NCBI GenBank assembly: GCA_963740315.1
Contig: CAVUDP010000002.1
Span: 512,001-576,000, forward strand
DNA from: an uncultured cyanobacterium
GTDB lineage: Bacteria; Cyanobacteriota; Cyanobacteriia; Cyanobacteriales; Nostocaceae
Direction: 5' to 3'
Length of the DNA stretch: 64,000 nucleotides
Position 1 is the first letter of the stretch, and each line of letters opens with the position of its first letter. The position numbers were made by a program, and so were the translations under genes. Of the stretch, positions 10,111-20,200 are shown piece by piece. The notes under the pieces are model-generated. The model did not search any database. It saw nothing but the letters and a program-made list of their open reading frames with translations, and was not told where the DNA came from.

Positions 10111-11878
10111 TCTTCTTCCTCCCTCTCCCTTTCTCTTCCCCCTGACGATGAGTTGCTGCTTGCGCTAATAAAGAATCGGCGAAAGCTACTGCGTCAATGG
10201 CTGACTTTCCACCAGCTAACTGCGCTAATTCATCCCGTCGTTTATCTAAGTTATCTAAAGCCGTAATCCTCACCACGGTGCGTTCTTCCCCATGTCCGTT
10301 GTCTTCTTTTTTACCTTTTAACTGATTAATTACTTGTTTATTAACGTGAAAATGCTTGTCTGCCATTGCCGCTACTAATGGTTGGTGAGTAACGCACAAT
10401 ACCTGAAGCTGCAAACTTAATTGATGCAATTTTTCCGCGATCGTTTGCGCTACTCTACCGGAAACACCGACATCGATTTCGTCAAATACCATTGTTCCGG
10501 GGCTGTCTGAAGCTGAAAAAGTAGCTTTCAACGCCAGCAAAAAGCGGCTCATTTCACCACCAGAAGCAGTTTGCGACAGCGGTTGCAGCGGTTCACCCGG
10601 ATTCGGGCTGAATAAAAAGCCGATCTTATCGCTTCCGTTTGCAGTCGGGGGAATGGGTGCTATTTCAACTTTAAATTGCACTTTGTCCATTGCTAAGGGT
10701 TTGAGTTCCCTAATAATTTGCGCTTCTAATAAAGCAGCTGTAGCGCTACGCAATTTGGTTAAATCGCTGCACTCAGAATTAAGTTTCTTTAAAAATTCTT
10801 GCTCTTGTTTTTCTAAGGTTTCAATGGATTTTTCACCATCGTTGAGTTCGTCTAACTGCGCTTGAATGCTGTTGTAATGTTCGATAACTTCAGCCAGCGA
10901 CGGTCCATATTTGCGGCAAATATGCTTTAATTCCCGAATTCTTTCTTCTACCTCATCCAATCTTTGGGGATCTGCCTCCAATGCGTCCCCATAAGCGTTC
11001 ATTTGCCGCGCTACTTCCGTAACTGCTCCCAAAGCATCCCTAATTAATTCCAACAGTGGCTGCAATTCCTCGGTGTCGAATTCCACCATATTCATTAACG
11101 TAGCTTCGCTACTTCCGAGCAAGTCTGTAGCTGTAGAACCTCCACCGTCACTTTGATACAAATCTTGGTATACGTTGTAACTCATCTGTTGCAGTTCAAC
11201 AACATGATTGAGGCGTTCTTGCTCTTGCAAAAGCTTTTCTAATTCGTTGGGTTCCTCAAGATTAGCCTCTCCCAATTCTTTAGCTTGATAAGTTAATAGA
11301 TCGAGTTTTTGTAAACGTTCTCGTTCCGAAGTGCGACGGCGTTCCAACTTTAAATGCGCTTCGTGATAGCGACTGAAAGCCGCAGCCACAAACGATCGCT
11401 GCTTGATTATCACATCCCCACCATAGGAATCCAACCAGTTGCGAACCTGTGTAGATTGCCCTACCAATACGTTTTGTCCTTGGGCGGTGATTTCCACCAA
11501 GCGTTCCCGCAAACTGTTCATTAACTGACGATTTACCAGAACACCATTCACCCGCGATCGACTGCGGATATTACTAGTATTGGCAGTAATTTCACGACTT
11601 ATAACTACTGAATTTTCATCAAGTAGATCGATTTCCTGCTCGGTTAACCAACCAGCCAAAGCAGAATTAGAACTAAAAGTACCTTCAATAACTGCTCGTT
11701 TGCTGCCAGTGCGAATTACGCGACTAGAGACTTTTCCACCCAAAACAGCATCGATCGCATCAAGAATAATCGATTTACCAGCGCCAGTTTCACCCGTAAG
11801 TACATTTAACCCAGCACCGAATTCTAAATCTAATTTGTCAATTAAGGCAAAATTTTCTATATAAAGGGAGAGCAACAT
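10103..11878 (-). CDS. recN: DNA repair protein RecN
   Basis: TGETGAGKS Walker A, long coiled coil, ASGGEMSR signature, FDEIDVGVSG Walker B, VTHQP. Confidence 0.97.
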   Translation of the reverse strand: MLLSLYIENFALIDKLDLEFGAGLNVLTGETGAGKSIILDAIDAVLGGKVSSRVIRTGSKRAVIEGTFSSNSALAGWLTEQEIDLLDENSVVISREITANTSNIRSRSRVNGVLVNRQLMNSLRERLVEITAQGQNVLVGQSTQVRNWLDSYGGDVIIKQRSFVAAAFSRYHEAHLKLERRRTSERERLQKLDLLTYQAKELGEANLEEPNELEKLLQEQERLNHVVELQQMSYNVYQDLYQSDGGGSTATDLLGSSEATLMNMVEFDTEELQPLLELIRDALGAVTEVARQMNAYGDALEADPQRLDEVEERIRELKHICRKYGPSLAEVIEHYNSIQAQLDELNDGEKSIETLEKQEQEFLKKLNSECSDLTKLRSATAALLEAQIIRELKPLAMDKVQFKVEIAPIPPTANGSDKIGFLFSPNPGEPLQPLSQTASGGEMSRFLLALKATFSASDSPGTMVFDEIDVGVSGRVAQTIAEKLHQLSLQLQVLCVTHQPLVAAMADKHFHVNKQVINQLKGKKEDNGHGEERTVVRITALDNLDKRRDELAQLAGGKSAIDAVAFADSLLAQAATHRQGEEKGRGRKKKL

Positions 11879-11989
11879 TCAGATTTATTCTCCGTTAAGG
11901 CAGACGCGGAATACGATAACAGTTTGGGATACTAGAAATTGTTCCCATCAAAACTCATTCACCAACGTACAAGTGTACCAAACTTAGTT

Positions 11990-12250
11990 TAAAAGGTTAA
12001 AGGTCTGCATGTCAAAGGTCAAAGGTAATAACTTTTGAGAAATACACTGAGATGGGGAGATGGGGAGACAAGGGGAGATAGGGTTCGGGGGAGATGGGGA
12101 GATGGGGAGATGGGGTTGGGGGAGATAGGGTTCGGGGGAGATGGGTAATTTAATAGCGAGCTTTCCGGCGATCGCTACTCTATACTGCTAACTCTTCACC
12201 TTTGACCTTTAACCTTTAACCTTTAACCTTTAACCTTTGACCTTTGACCT
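11990..12250. repeat. STRR cluster: AAAGGT(T/C) heptamers and their inverse flanking GATGGGGA octamers
   Basis: Read directly in the recN / ABC1 divergent intergenic region. Confidence 0.8.
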
Positions 12251-12316
12251 AATGAGTTACACTGATGAAAGCGATTGTTACAATACTTAACGTTTGAACT
12301 GCCGTGGGATAATTTC

Positions 12317-14314
12317 ATGAATACCAAGATAGTTCCTCCAGCCACACCACAAGAGACAAAATTAGTGCTTGCAGATAAAGTAGATACCACTATTGTTGAG
12401 TTACCAGCTTCTTTACCAGCCCGAAAGAATAGTCTGTTGGAAGCGACAACGAGCGAACATTTAGGATTGCGTTACAATGCTTTGGAAATTGCAGCGCATT
12501 ATCGAAGAAGACCTTTTGAGGTTTGGGGGCGTATATTTACGGTTTTGGCTCCGGCGATCGGCTTTGCTTTGGGCGTGTGGTGGGATAGAAAACTTGGTAA
12601 AAAGGTAAAAACTGACCGCCGTCGCGCCGTTCAATTGCGAGAAATGCTGACAAGGTTGGGACCGGCTTATATTAAAATCGGACAGGCTTTGTCTACAAGA
12701 CCGGATTTGGTTCCTCCGGTGTATTTAGAAGAATTTACTCAGCTACAAGATAAGTTACCACCTTTTCCCAACGAACTTGCTTATCAATTCATTGAAGAAG
12801 AACTCGGTGCGCGTCCGGAAGAAATTTATACCGACTTAACACCAGATCCAATTGCCGCAGCTTCTTTAGGACAAGTTTATAGAGGTAAGTTAAAAAGTAC
12901 TGGTGAAGAAGTCGCCGTTAAAGTTCAACGTCCCGACTTGCGCGAACGTATAACTATTGACTTATATATCCTGCGCCGATTGGCAGCTTGGGGACAAAAA
13001 GCCATCAGGCAGGTGCGAAGCGACCTAGTAGGTATTCTCGATGAATTAGGCGAGCGTATCTTTGAGGAGATGGATTACGTAAACGAAGGCGAAAATGCCG
13101 AGCGTTTTTTCCAACTTTACGGTCATCTAAAAGACGTATACGTACCGAAAATTTACTGGGAATATACCAATCGTCGCGTATTGACGATGGAGTGGATTAA
13201 CGGACTTAAATTAACTCAAGTACAAGAAATCGCCGCTTTAGGTATAGATGCTCGTTATTTAGTAGAAGTAGGGGTTCAATGTTCCTTACGTCAATTATTA
13301 GAACATGGATTTTTCCACGCAGATCCACACCCCGGTAATTTATTAGCTACCCCAGATGGAAAATTAGCTTATCTCGACTTCGGGATGATGAGCGAGATTC
13401 AGCCACAGCAACGTTACGGTTTAATTGAGGCGATCGTTCACGTTGTCAACCGCGATTTTGACGCATTGGCACACGACTACGTTAAGTTAGATTTTTTAAC
13501 ACCAGATGTTGATTTAACCCCAATTATTCCGGCATTCTCTAGAGTATTCGCCGATGCTCAAGGTGCTTCCGTTGCCGATTTAAATATCAAAACCATCACC
13601 GATGATTTATCAAATTTAATGTATGAATATCCCTTCCGCGTACCTCCTTATTACGCTTTGATTATTCGTTCTTTGGTAACATTAGAAGGTGTAGCAATAT
13701 ATATCGATCCCAGTTTTAAAGTTCTCAGCGAAGCATATCCTTATGTTTCCAAAAGATTATTAACCGATCCATCACCAGAATTAAGAGCATCATTAAAAGA
13801 TTTACTATTTAAAGACGGTCGTTTTCGCTGGAATCGTTTAGAAAACTTGTTAAAGAATGCTCGTAATTCTTCAGATTATGATTCTAGCGATGCATTAAAT
13901 CAAGGATTAGAATTCTTAGCATCCGAGCGCGGTGCTTTTATTCGTACTAAGTTAGTAGATGAGTTATTCAAAGGAGTCGATGCAGTAAGTAGAAACGTAA
14001 TGCACAACTTTACTCATTTATTAAGAGAAAGAGTTGGAGTTACTGCGATTACCGAAACCCCCGGCGCATCTACTGAAGAACAGCAAACCTTAGAACATAT
14101 CAAGAATATCATCCAAATTCTGCAAGAAGGCGGTAATTTTGATACATCAAAAGCGATCGAACAAATTAGCAAACTTGTAGTTAATCCCAACGTGCAACTT
14201 TTAGGACAAAGAATTGCTTCTCAAGTCGCGCAAAAAGCAGTAGCAAGAGTGTTGAGAGAATTACTGGTGACAGAAGAAGTTGAAAGCAAGCAGTTACCAG
14301 CAGGAGGTTTGTAG
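12317..14314 (+). CDS. ABC1/AarF/UbiB family atypical kinase
   Basis: LGPAYIKIGQALSTRPD, AAASLGQVY, VAVKVQRP, FHADPHPGN, LDFGMM. Confidence 0.95.
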   Translation: MNTKIVPPATPQETKLVLADKVDTTIVELPASLPARKNSLLEATTSEHLGLRYNALEIAAHYRRRPFEVWGRIFTVLAPAIGFALGVWWDRKLGKKVKTDRRRAVQLREMLTRLGPAYIKIGQALSTRPDLVPPVYLEEFTQLQDKLPPFPNELAYQFIEEELGARPEEIYTDLTPDPIAAASLGQVYRGKLKSTGEEVAVKVQRPDLRERITIDLYILRRLAAWGQKAIRQVRSDLVGILDELGERIFEEMDYVNEGENAERFFQLYGHLKDVYVPKIYWEYTNRRVLTMEWINGLKLTQVQEIAALGIDARYLVEVGVQCSLRQLLEHGFFHADPHPGNLLATPDGKLAYLDFGMMSEIQPQQRYGLIEAIVHVVNRDFDALAHDYVKLDFLTPDVDLTPIIPAFSRVFADAQGASVADLNIKTITDDLSNLMYEYPFRVPPYYALIIRSLVTLEGVAIYIDPSFKVLSEAYPYVSKRLLTDPSPELRASLKDLLFKDGRFRWNRLENLLKNARNSSDYDSSDALNQGLEFLASERGAFIRTKLVDELFKGVDAVSRNVMHNFTHLLRERVGVTAITETPGASTEEQQTLEHIKNIIQILQEGGNFDTSKAIEQISKLVVNPNVQLLGQRIASQVAQKAVARVLRELLVTEEVESKQLPAGGL

Positions 14315-14850
14315 TAAGTGGGTGTGCAAAATTAATTGTGTCATTACGAGCGACAGCGAAGTAATCTCAAAGTGTTGCGATTGCTACCCTTCGGGAAAGC
14401 TTTCAGCTAACATTTCACTTCGTTCGACTTGCAATGACAAATACACAATTAATTTTGCCTAAGTACTTAGTAGGTTGGGTTAGACGCACGAATAATTTTG
14501 ATGATTAACCAAGAAGTTTGATGCGTCGTAACCCAACATTTATCAGAATACCGGGCGCTTTGTTACCGCACGCCATTTGCTACAACGGGGGAAACCCCCG
14601 CAAGGCAATGGCTCATCTACACAAGCAAAACCCACCGTGACAGGGGTTATTTTTGTGGTTTTTTATATTATCAATCTATTAAAATTCGCATCTTGTACCA
14701 TTCTCAATAACTAACCGCCTTGGAATAAATTCCCAGGCTTATAGCCGAAGTCGTCTAAAGACGACTGAGTTTGTAATTTGTAGATTGGGATTATGCACGA
14801 ATTATTTATTATTTACAAAGAAGTTTGATGCGTCGTAACCCAACATTACT
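14314..14850. repeat. Mosaic of dispersed palindromic/MITE-like repeats
   Basis: Inverted GCAAAATTAATTGTGT arms around a GTCATT...AATGAC palindrome; GTAG-type repeat; duplicated AAGAAGTTTGATGCGTCGTAACCCAACATT; 42-nt hairpin element at 14572-14613; AGTCGTCTAAAGACGACT palindrome. Confidence 0.75.
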
Positions 14851-14856
14851 TTATTA

Positions 14857-15285
14857 TCATTCCAACGAAGCCGAAGACTCAGCAAAAACCTCTTCACCCG
14901 TCATATTTTTAGTTTTATTTGCAAAGCTGTAAAAAGACGGCTTCTCATCAATAAAAATTTGTAGTTCGAGAACAAAATTTTCATCATCATCGAGCAAGCC
15001 AGCAGGAATTGCATAATAATTTGCTGCTTTTAAACGGTAGAAAAGATGGGTTCCGCACTTACTACAAAATCCGCGCTCTGCCCATTCAGAAGAGTTGAAG
15101 ACAGATATATTTTCATTACCTTCAAAATTCACATCACCTCCGCATTGAATCGCAAGTAAAGGACCACCCGTCCATTTTCTACACATATTGCAGTGACAAA
15201 CGTCTACATTATTACTTTTCGTTTTTACTGAAACCTTTACCGCACCACAAAGACAACTTCCTTGTTTTTCAAGTTCGTTTGTCAT
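14857..15285 (-). CDS. GFA (glutathione-dependent formaldehyde-activating/CENP-V) family protein
   Basis: GSCLCGAV, CHCNMCRK, RGFCSKCGT zinc-binding motifs. Confidence 0.92.
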   Translation of the reverse strand: MTNELEKQGSCLCGAVKVSVKTKSNNVDVCHCNMCRKWTGGPLLAIQCGGDVNFEGNENISVFNSSEWAERGFCSKCGTHLFYRLKAANYYAIPAGLLDDDENFVLELQIFIDEKPSFYSFANKTKNMTGEEVFAESSASLE

Positions 15286-15544
15286 GTTTTTCTCCTCTAA
15301 CTGCATAACTATATTATTAGTTTTGGGATGAATAAAATCTTTTTGTAAGAAAAATATATTGAGGAATGACGAAATGAGCCTTATTTTTTATTTATGTTTA
15401 TAGAAATAATTATTATATAGATAGTTTGATAAAATAACTAAATATTAAGTTTCGTCAGTGTCAACAGTCAGATTGTCCAGCAAATGCGACAATATATCAA
15501 ATATTTTACCAAGAAGTTCTTTATATTTTAGATGGTGAGCAACA

Positions 15545-15778
15545 ATGTTAAAGTCAGTTGAAGGAATTTATAAAGACGGAAAAATAGTGTTATCAGAATT
15601 ACCATCTGACGTTACTCAAAGCAATGTAATTGTAACTTTTCTAGAGTCAACACCAGTTCAGCCAACTTCACAAATTATGTCTTTTGGAATGTTTGCTGGT
15701 TTAAATCAGTCAACAGAAGAAGATTTTAAAGTAGCTGAATTTTGTGGTGATGTTGATAATAATTTAGATTGGTCGTAA
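15545..15778 (+). CDS. Putative antitoxin (VapB-like)
   Basis: 77 aa, acidic C-terminus, MLKSVEGIYKDG N-terminus; stop abuts the PIN toxin start. Confidence 0.7.
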   Translation: MLKSVEGIYKDGKIVLSELPSDVTQSNVIVTFLESTPVQPTSQIMSFGMFAGLNQSTEEDFKVAEFCGDVDNNLDWS

Positions 15779-16183
15779 ATGGTAATGAAATATGTTATAG
15801 ATACTCATGCGTTAATTTGGTTTCTTGAAGGCAACTCGCGCTTAGGAAGTAATGCTAAAACAATACTTTCAGATCCCGATAGTAAGTTAATTTTACCTGT
15901 AACTGCATTCGCTGAAGCTGTTTGGATTGTCGAACGAGGGAAAGCATCAATACCTAATGCAAATGCGTTAGTTACAGTTCTCAATACAGATTCAAGAATT
16001 ACTGTATATCCCCTAGACGTTAATATTGTCGAGTTAACAATTAACTTATCTGCAATAAATGAAATGCATGACAGGCAAATTGTAGCAACTACGCTTTTTT
16101 TGAAAAACCAAGGCGAAACAGTAGCTTTAGTGACTTGCGACCAAAATATTACCCTATCGAATTTAGTAACAATTATTTGGTGA
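15779..16183 (+). CDS. vapC: PIN-domain VapC-family toxin
   Basis: YVIDTHALIW, AFAEA, HDRQIVAT, LVTCD acidic tetrad intact. Confidence 0.88.
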   Translation: MVMKYVIDTHALIWFLEGNSRLGSNAKTILSDPDSKLILPVTAFAEAVWIVERGKASIPNANALVTVLNTDSRITVYPLDVNIVELTINLSAINEMHDRQIVATTLFLKNQGETVALVTCDQNITLSNLVTIIW

Positions 16184-16216
16184 TTATTGCTTTATAACCT
16201 AACATTTTCTTATTAA

Positions 16217-16954
16217 TTATTCAAACTTTGATAATCTTTCACCGTGAGAAGCGTAAACACTATATCCATCCGCAAATTGAATCGCGGGTTGATCTTCACC
16301 GTGTAATTTATGTTGCTCATCAAAAGTAAGTATAGAAGGGCGATAGCGAAGCGCTGCTGCAAGCAGATCGCACACCACGCAAAGTTCTTGATAAGAAGCT
16401 ATCCACCCGCAGTTATTAACGATTGCTTGAAAAGTTTGCCAAATTTGGGAATTGCAATTGTAATTTAATTCAGAAACGCAAAAATCTAACCAAGCCATGT
16501 ATCTACAGATAGTATCTGGCTGTATGTTACCCGGCTCAAATTCATCGGGAATTATAAGATACTCGTTTGGTTGTTCATCGCATTCCTCTAAGTCTTCTGT
16601 AATTATTTCATGTATATCATCAGTTTGCAGCCATATTTGACGATCGCATTTATCATCTGGTGGAACAATAAGATAATATCTTAACTTTTCCCAAAGTCTA
16701 TCAATCATATCATCATCATCAAGTTCCGAGCAGCCTATTTCATCGCATAATTTATCAAGCGCTACAACAGCAGCATAAGGGCTATCAAAAAAGAATATTT
16801 GTGGTTGTGGTTCGTCAATTAATGTATATGCTGTTTTTATTGCTGCTTCTGCTTTCTCGCGGTTAATTGGCTGGGTTGAAAAAGCAACTTTTCGCCACTT
16901 TTCTAAATAATTTAAAAATAAAGCTTCTTGATGTGGAGTTAATTTTTCAGTCAT
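16217..16954 (-). CDS. DUF6745-like cyanobacterial protein with an 8-aa in-frame insertion
   Basis: KLTPHQEA..YLEKW..AFSTQPINREKAEAAI N-terminus; CGW....LCVVCD..RP..LTFD...LHGE..PAIQFADGY..YA.HG C-terminus. Confidence 0.75.
   Translation of the reverse strand: MTEKLTPHQEALFLNYLEKWRKVAFSTQPINREKAEAAIKTAYTLIDEPQPQIFFFDSPYAAVVALDKLCDEIGCSELDDDDMIDRLWEKLRYYLIVPPDDKCDRQIWLQTDDIHEIITEDLEECDEQPNEYLIIPDEFEPGNIQPDTICRYMAWLDFCVSELNYNCNSQIWQTFQAIVNNCGWIASYQELCVVCDLLAAALRYRPSILTFDEQHKLHGEDQPAIQFADGYSVYASHGERLSKFE
16345..16368. mobile_element. 24-nt small dispersed repeat inserted into a HIP1 site
   Basis: GCGAT[AGCGAAGCGCTGCTGCAAGCAGAT]CGC; removing it restores GCGATCGC and the family motif VCDRP. Confidence 0.8.
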
Positions 16955-16981
16955 TTTAAATAAACACACATTTCGTAAGAA

Positions 16982-17058
16982 GATCCCCCTAAATCCCCGC
17001 TGAGTTGGGGGACTTTAACTCCAATCCCCCCCCTTAGAAAGGGGGGTTAGGGGGGATC
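16982..17058. repeat. GATCCCCC...GGGGGATC palindromic dispersed repeat
   Basis: Inverted ends with internal poly-C/poly-G hairpins; a partial relative lies near 41118-41147. Confidence 0.7.
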
Positions 17059-17089
17059 GAAACGTTACGGGGCACCTTTAGAAGACTTG

Positions 17090-17242
17090 TATAGGACTCA
17101 CATTTGATTTTTGAAAAATACGTAGGGTGTGTTGTCGCGGAGCGCAACGCACCATCCTGTCTTATGTTGGTGCGTTAGGCTGAAGCCATAACGCACCCTA
17201 CAAATACCTAATTTTATTCAAAATTCAAACCGGATTCCTATA
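17090..17242. mobile_element. MITE-like element with about 26-bp imperfect TIRs and an internal inverted GTAGGGTG doublet
   Basis: TATAGGACTCACATTTGATTTTTGAA versus the reverse complement of TTCAAAATTCAAACCGGATTCCTATA; internal GTAGGGTGTG...GCACCA / TGGTGCG...CACCCTAC. Confidence 0.7.
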
Positions 17243-17291
17243 TGTACACCGTAGCCTTTGAAATTAACTGATAATTGATAATTGATAATTG

Positions 17292-20200
17292 TTAATTGTC
17301 AATCCCCCCAATAACAAATGCCGCCCAATAATAAGGATGACAGTACAGCTTTTTATCGGCTTCCATTTGACTGGTTCTATATAATTGGGTTGCTAATTGC
17401 GCTTTCATTCTCAATCCTTCGGGGGGAAGTTGACTCAACAGGTTTTCGTACCATTTTGTCAGTTCTCCTGCTGTTAATTCTCTCAACCATTCGACGGCTT
17501 CTTTTAAGGCAACAACTGATGTTTTACCCGAATGCAATCGGCGATAAAATTCGATTGTTAATAAGGCGTTGGCGGTGGATTCTACTCTCCACAAGCTAGT
17601 TACTACGTGGGTAACTCCTTGACTTAATAAACCACTACTTAAACCGGCGTATTCGGTGGTAATGTTTTTTTTGTTTGTGGCAATTTCGCAGGCTGAGAGA
17701 GTAAATAAGCTGTAACGACTAAGGGGTTTTTTACAAATCTCATTTAAGGTAATTTTGTCTTCCCACGCTAATAATATTTCTGAGGTGGAAACGTTGGCGT
17801 TATCGTTTGCATAACCGTAAAAATTGAATATGTTGTAGTTTCTTACTAAAGCGTTTTCTACTTCTATTTTTGTTGCTTGCGAACCCTGAAGGCGATAGGG
17901 TTTTTCAAACATTTGACTAATTGCTAAACCTGCTAATTTCGCAGATTTGAACGGAGGATAATCTTTGGTGTCGGGATATTCGACACTCAACAATTTTGGC
18001 GAGGATTTGTTGGCGGAGGAATTTTGTTGCTGTTGATTTAATCCTATTTGTACGCTGGGTAAATAGCTGATGGTGAATTTTGAAGAAAATAATCCCTGTA
18101 GGGGAAGTCGATGTAAGTCGCGGTGAGGAATTAACACAAGGTTGTCGATCCCTTGAAGTTCCTGTTCGATGGTAGCTATACTCAGTATTTCTCTGAGTCT
18201 CGCCAGTTGCTGTTCCATATCCTTGCGCCAGGAATGATCGATTTTACCTTGTTTATCCCTGGTTTCGCTGCGATAGTCTGTATATTGACGATTCCATTCT
18301 GACAACCAATCTTCAAATTCTACTAAACGGTTTACTGCTTCGGGTAAGGGAAACTCATCCGGCGCTACATTTAGTATCGGTGTAAATACTGGAATCGGTT
18401 CGGGAGCGTTGGGCTTGATAATAAAGGTGCGTAAACTTGATGGGCTGATATGCCAGTAAATTGCGGCGGTTGTAGGATTGAGTAATTGTAAAATCGAACT
18501 GTAGTTTGGCGAGTAAATTTTATCCGTCCAACCGTACAGCAGCCAAGTTAAACAAGCATTTTTACCATGTTCGGCAATTTCTAAGCCCTGGACTATTTCA
18601 CCGTACTCGATCGCAATTTCCACCGCTAACTGTTCAAAACCAATATTTTTGAGAGTTAATTGCTTTCTGGAATCATCGCTGCGATTTGCTTGAGTTAATA
18701 ACTCTTGTAAGAAATCGGTGCTGTATTGGTGCAATTCTTGGGCTTGTGTGGTTTCTCTCAAACCAACTAGAACTTTAATGAAGTGTTGCAATACTTCTAA
18801 ATGTAGTTCGGGAAAAGCCTCGTCAGTAATCGTAACTAATGCTTGATTATATTCATCTACTGCTTGATACCAATAATCGCGGGGAGTAGAATATCTTTTA
18901 CCAATGTCGTAGTAACAATTACCGATCGCTAAATGCAGTCTACCCCAACCTTCTGGCTGTGTATTATCAGCTACATATTTTAAAGCTTCCAAATAGCTAG
19001 TTAATTTACCTTCCTCACCCCGCCCATTCAAAGCAGAATTTGTTTGAGCAACGGGACTAGATAAACTTAATTCGCGATCGAGATTTTGCGATTTTGCTGC
19101 CGCACTACCTCTACCAAGCCAAGCTTCCCAATAATCGGCTTTGATTTGTAGCGCGCGATCGTAACAAAAGATTGCTTGTTCGTATTCTTCTAAATAGAAC
19201 AGCGCGACGGCTCGATTATACCAAGCTAGGTGGAAGTTGGGTTCAATTTCTAAAGCTTTATCGTAGGATGCAACCGCTTCTTCTCTACGTCCCAAATTAT
19301 CCAAAGCTACAGCCCGGTTAAACCAAGTTAAGTAGAAATCCGGTCTAATTTTCAACGCTTCATCCCAAGACTCAATAGCTTGCGCCCATTCTACCAATTG
19401 TCCCTGGGCTACACCCCTATCAACCCAAGCATCGTGTAATAATGGTTCGATTTCCAGCGCTTTATCATAGGAATAAACTGCATCTTGATAATTTGCACTA
19501 TTAGATAGCGCCACACCCCGGTAATACCAGTTTTCTGGATCTAAGGGTTCCAACTCCAATGACTTATCGTAACTGAAGATAGCTTCATCAACGCGCCCTA
19601 ACTTCAGTAACGCCAAACCATTGCTAGACCAGGCTTCCTGGTAATTTGGTCGAATTTCAATCGCCGTATTAAAAGAAATAATTGCATCTTCTAATAATTC
19701 CAATTCACCTAAAGCTCTACCCCGGTTGTACCATCCTTTGTAAAAGTCGTTTTTAATTTCAATTGCTTTATCGTAGGAGGCGATCGCACCTTCTAAATCG
19801 CTCAAGTGAAATAGCGTCAAGCCCAGGTTAAACCAGTATTCGTGTACATCCGGCTTGATTTGTACTGCTTGTTCGTACAGTTCAACAGCAGATTCTAAAT
19901 TACCCGCTCTAGCTTGTGCAAGCCCTTGATAGTAAAGCGATAAAGCTGATTTTGCTGCTCGCTCGTTAGCAACAGCTAGCTCGTGAATAGCTTCGGATTC
20001 TTCAGTTTCCAACCCAGAAGCAAGCTGTTGAACCAAATTTGCACTTTCATCCAACCTTACCAACAAATGATCTACGGGTGTAGTTGGTTTCTCAAATATT
20101 TCGGTTTCTGGTTCCACAAATATTTGTGTTTCTGGTTCCTCTTCTACTTCCTCTGCTAAATCCAATAAAGCATTAAAGGTTTCTAATGATTCATCATCAA

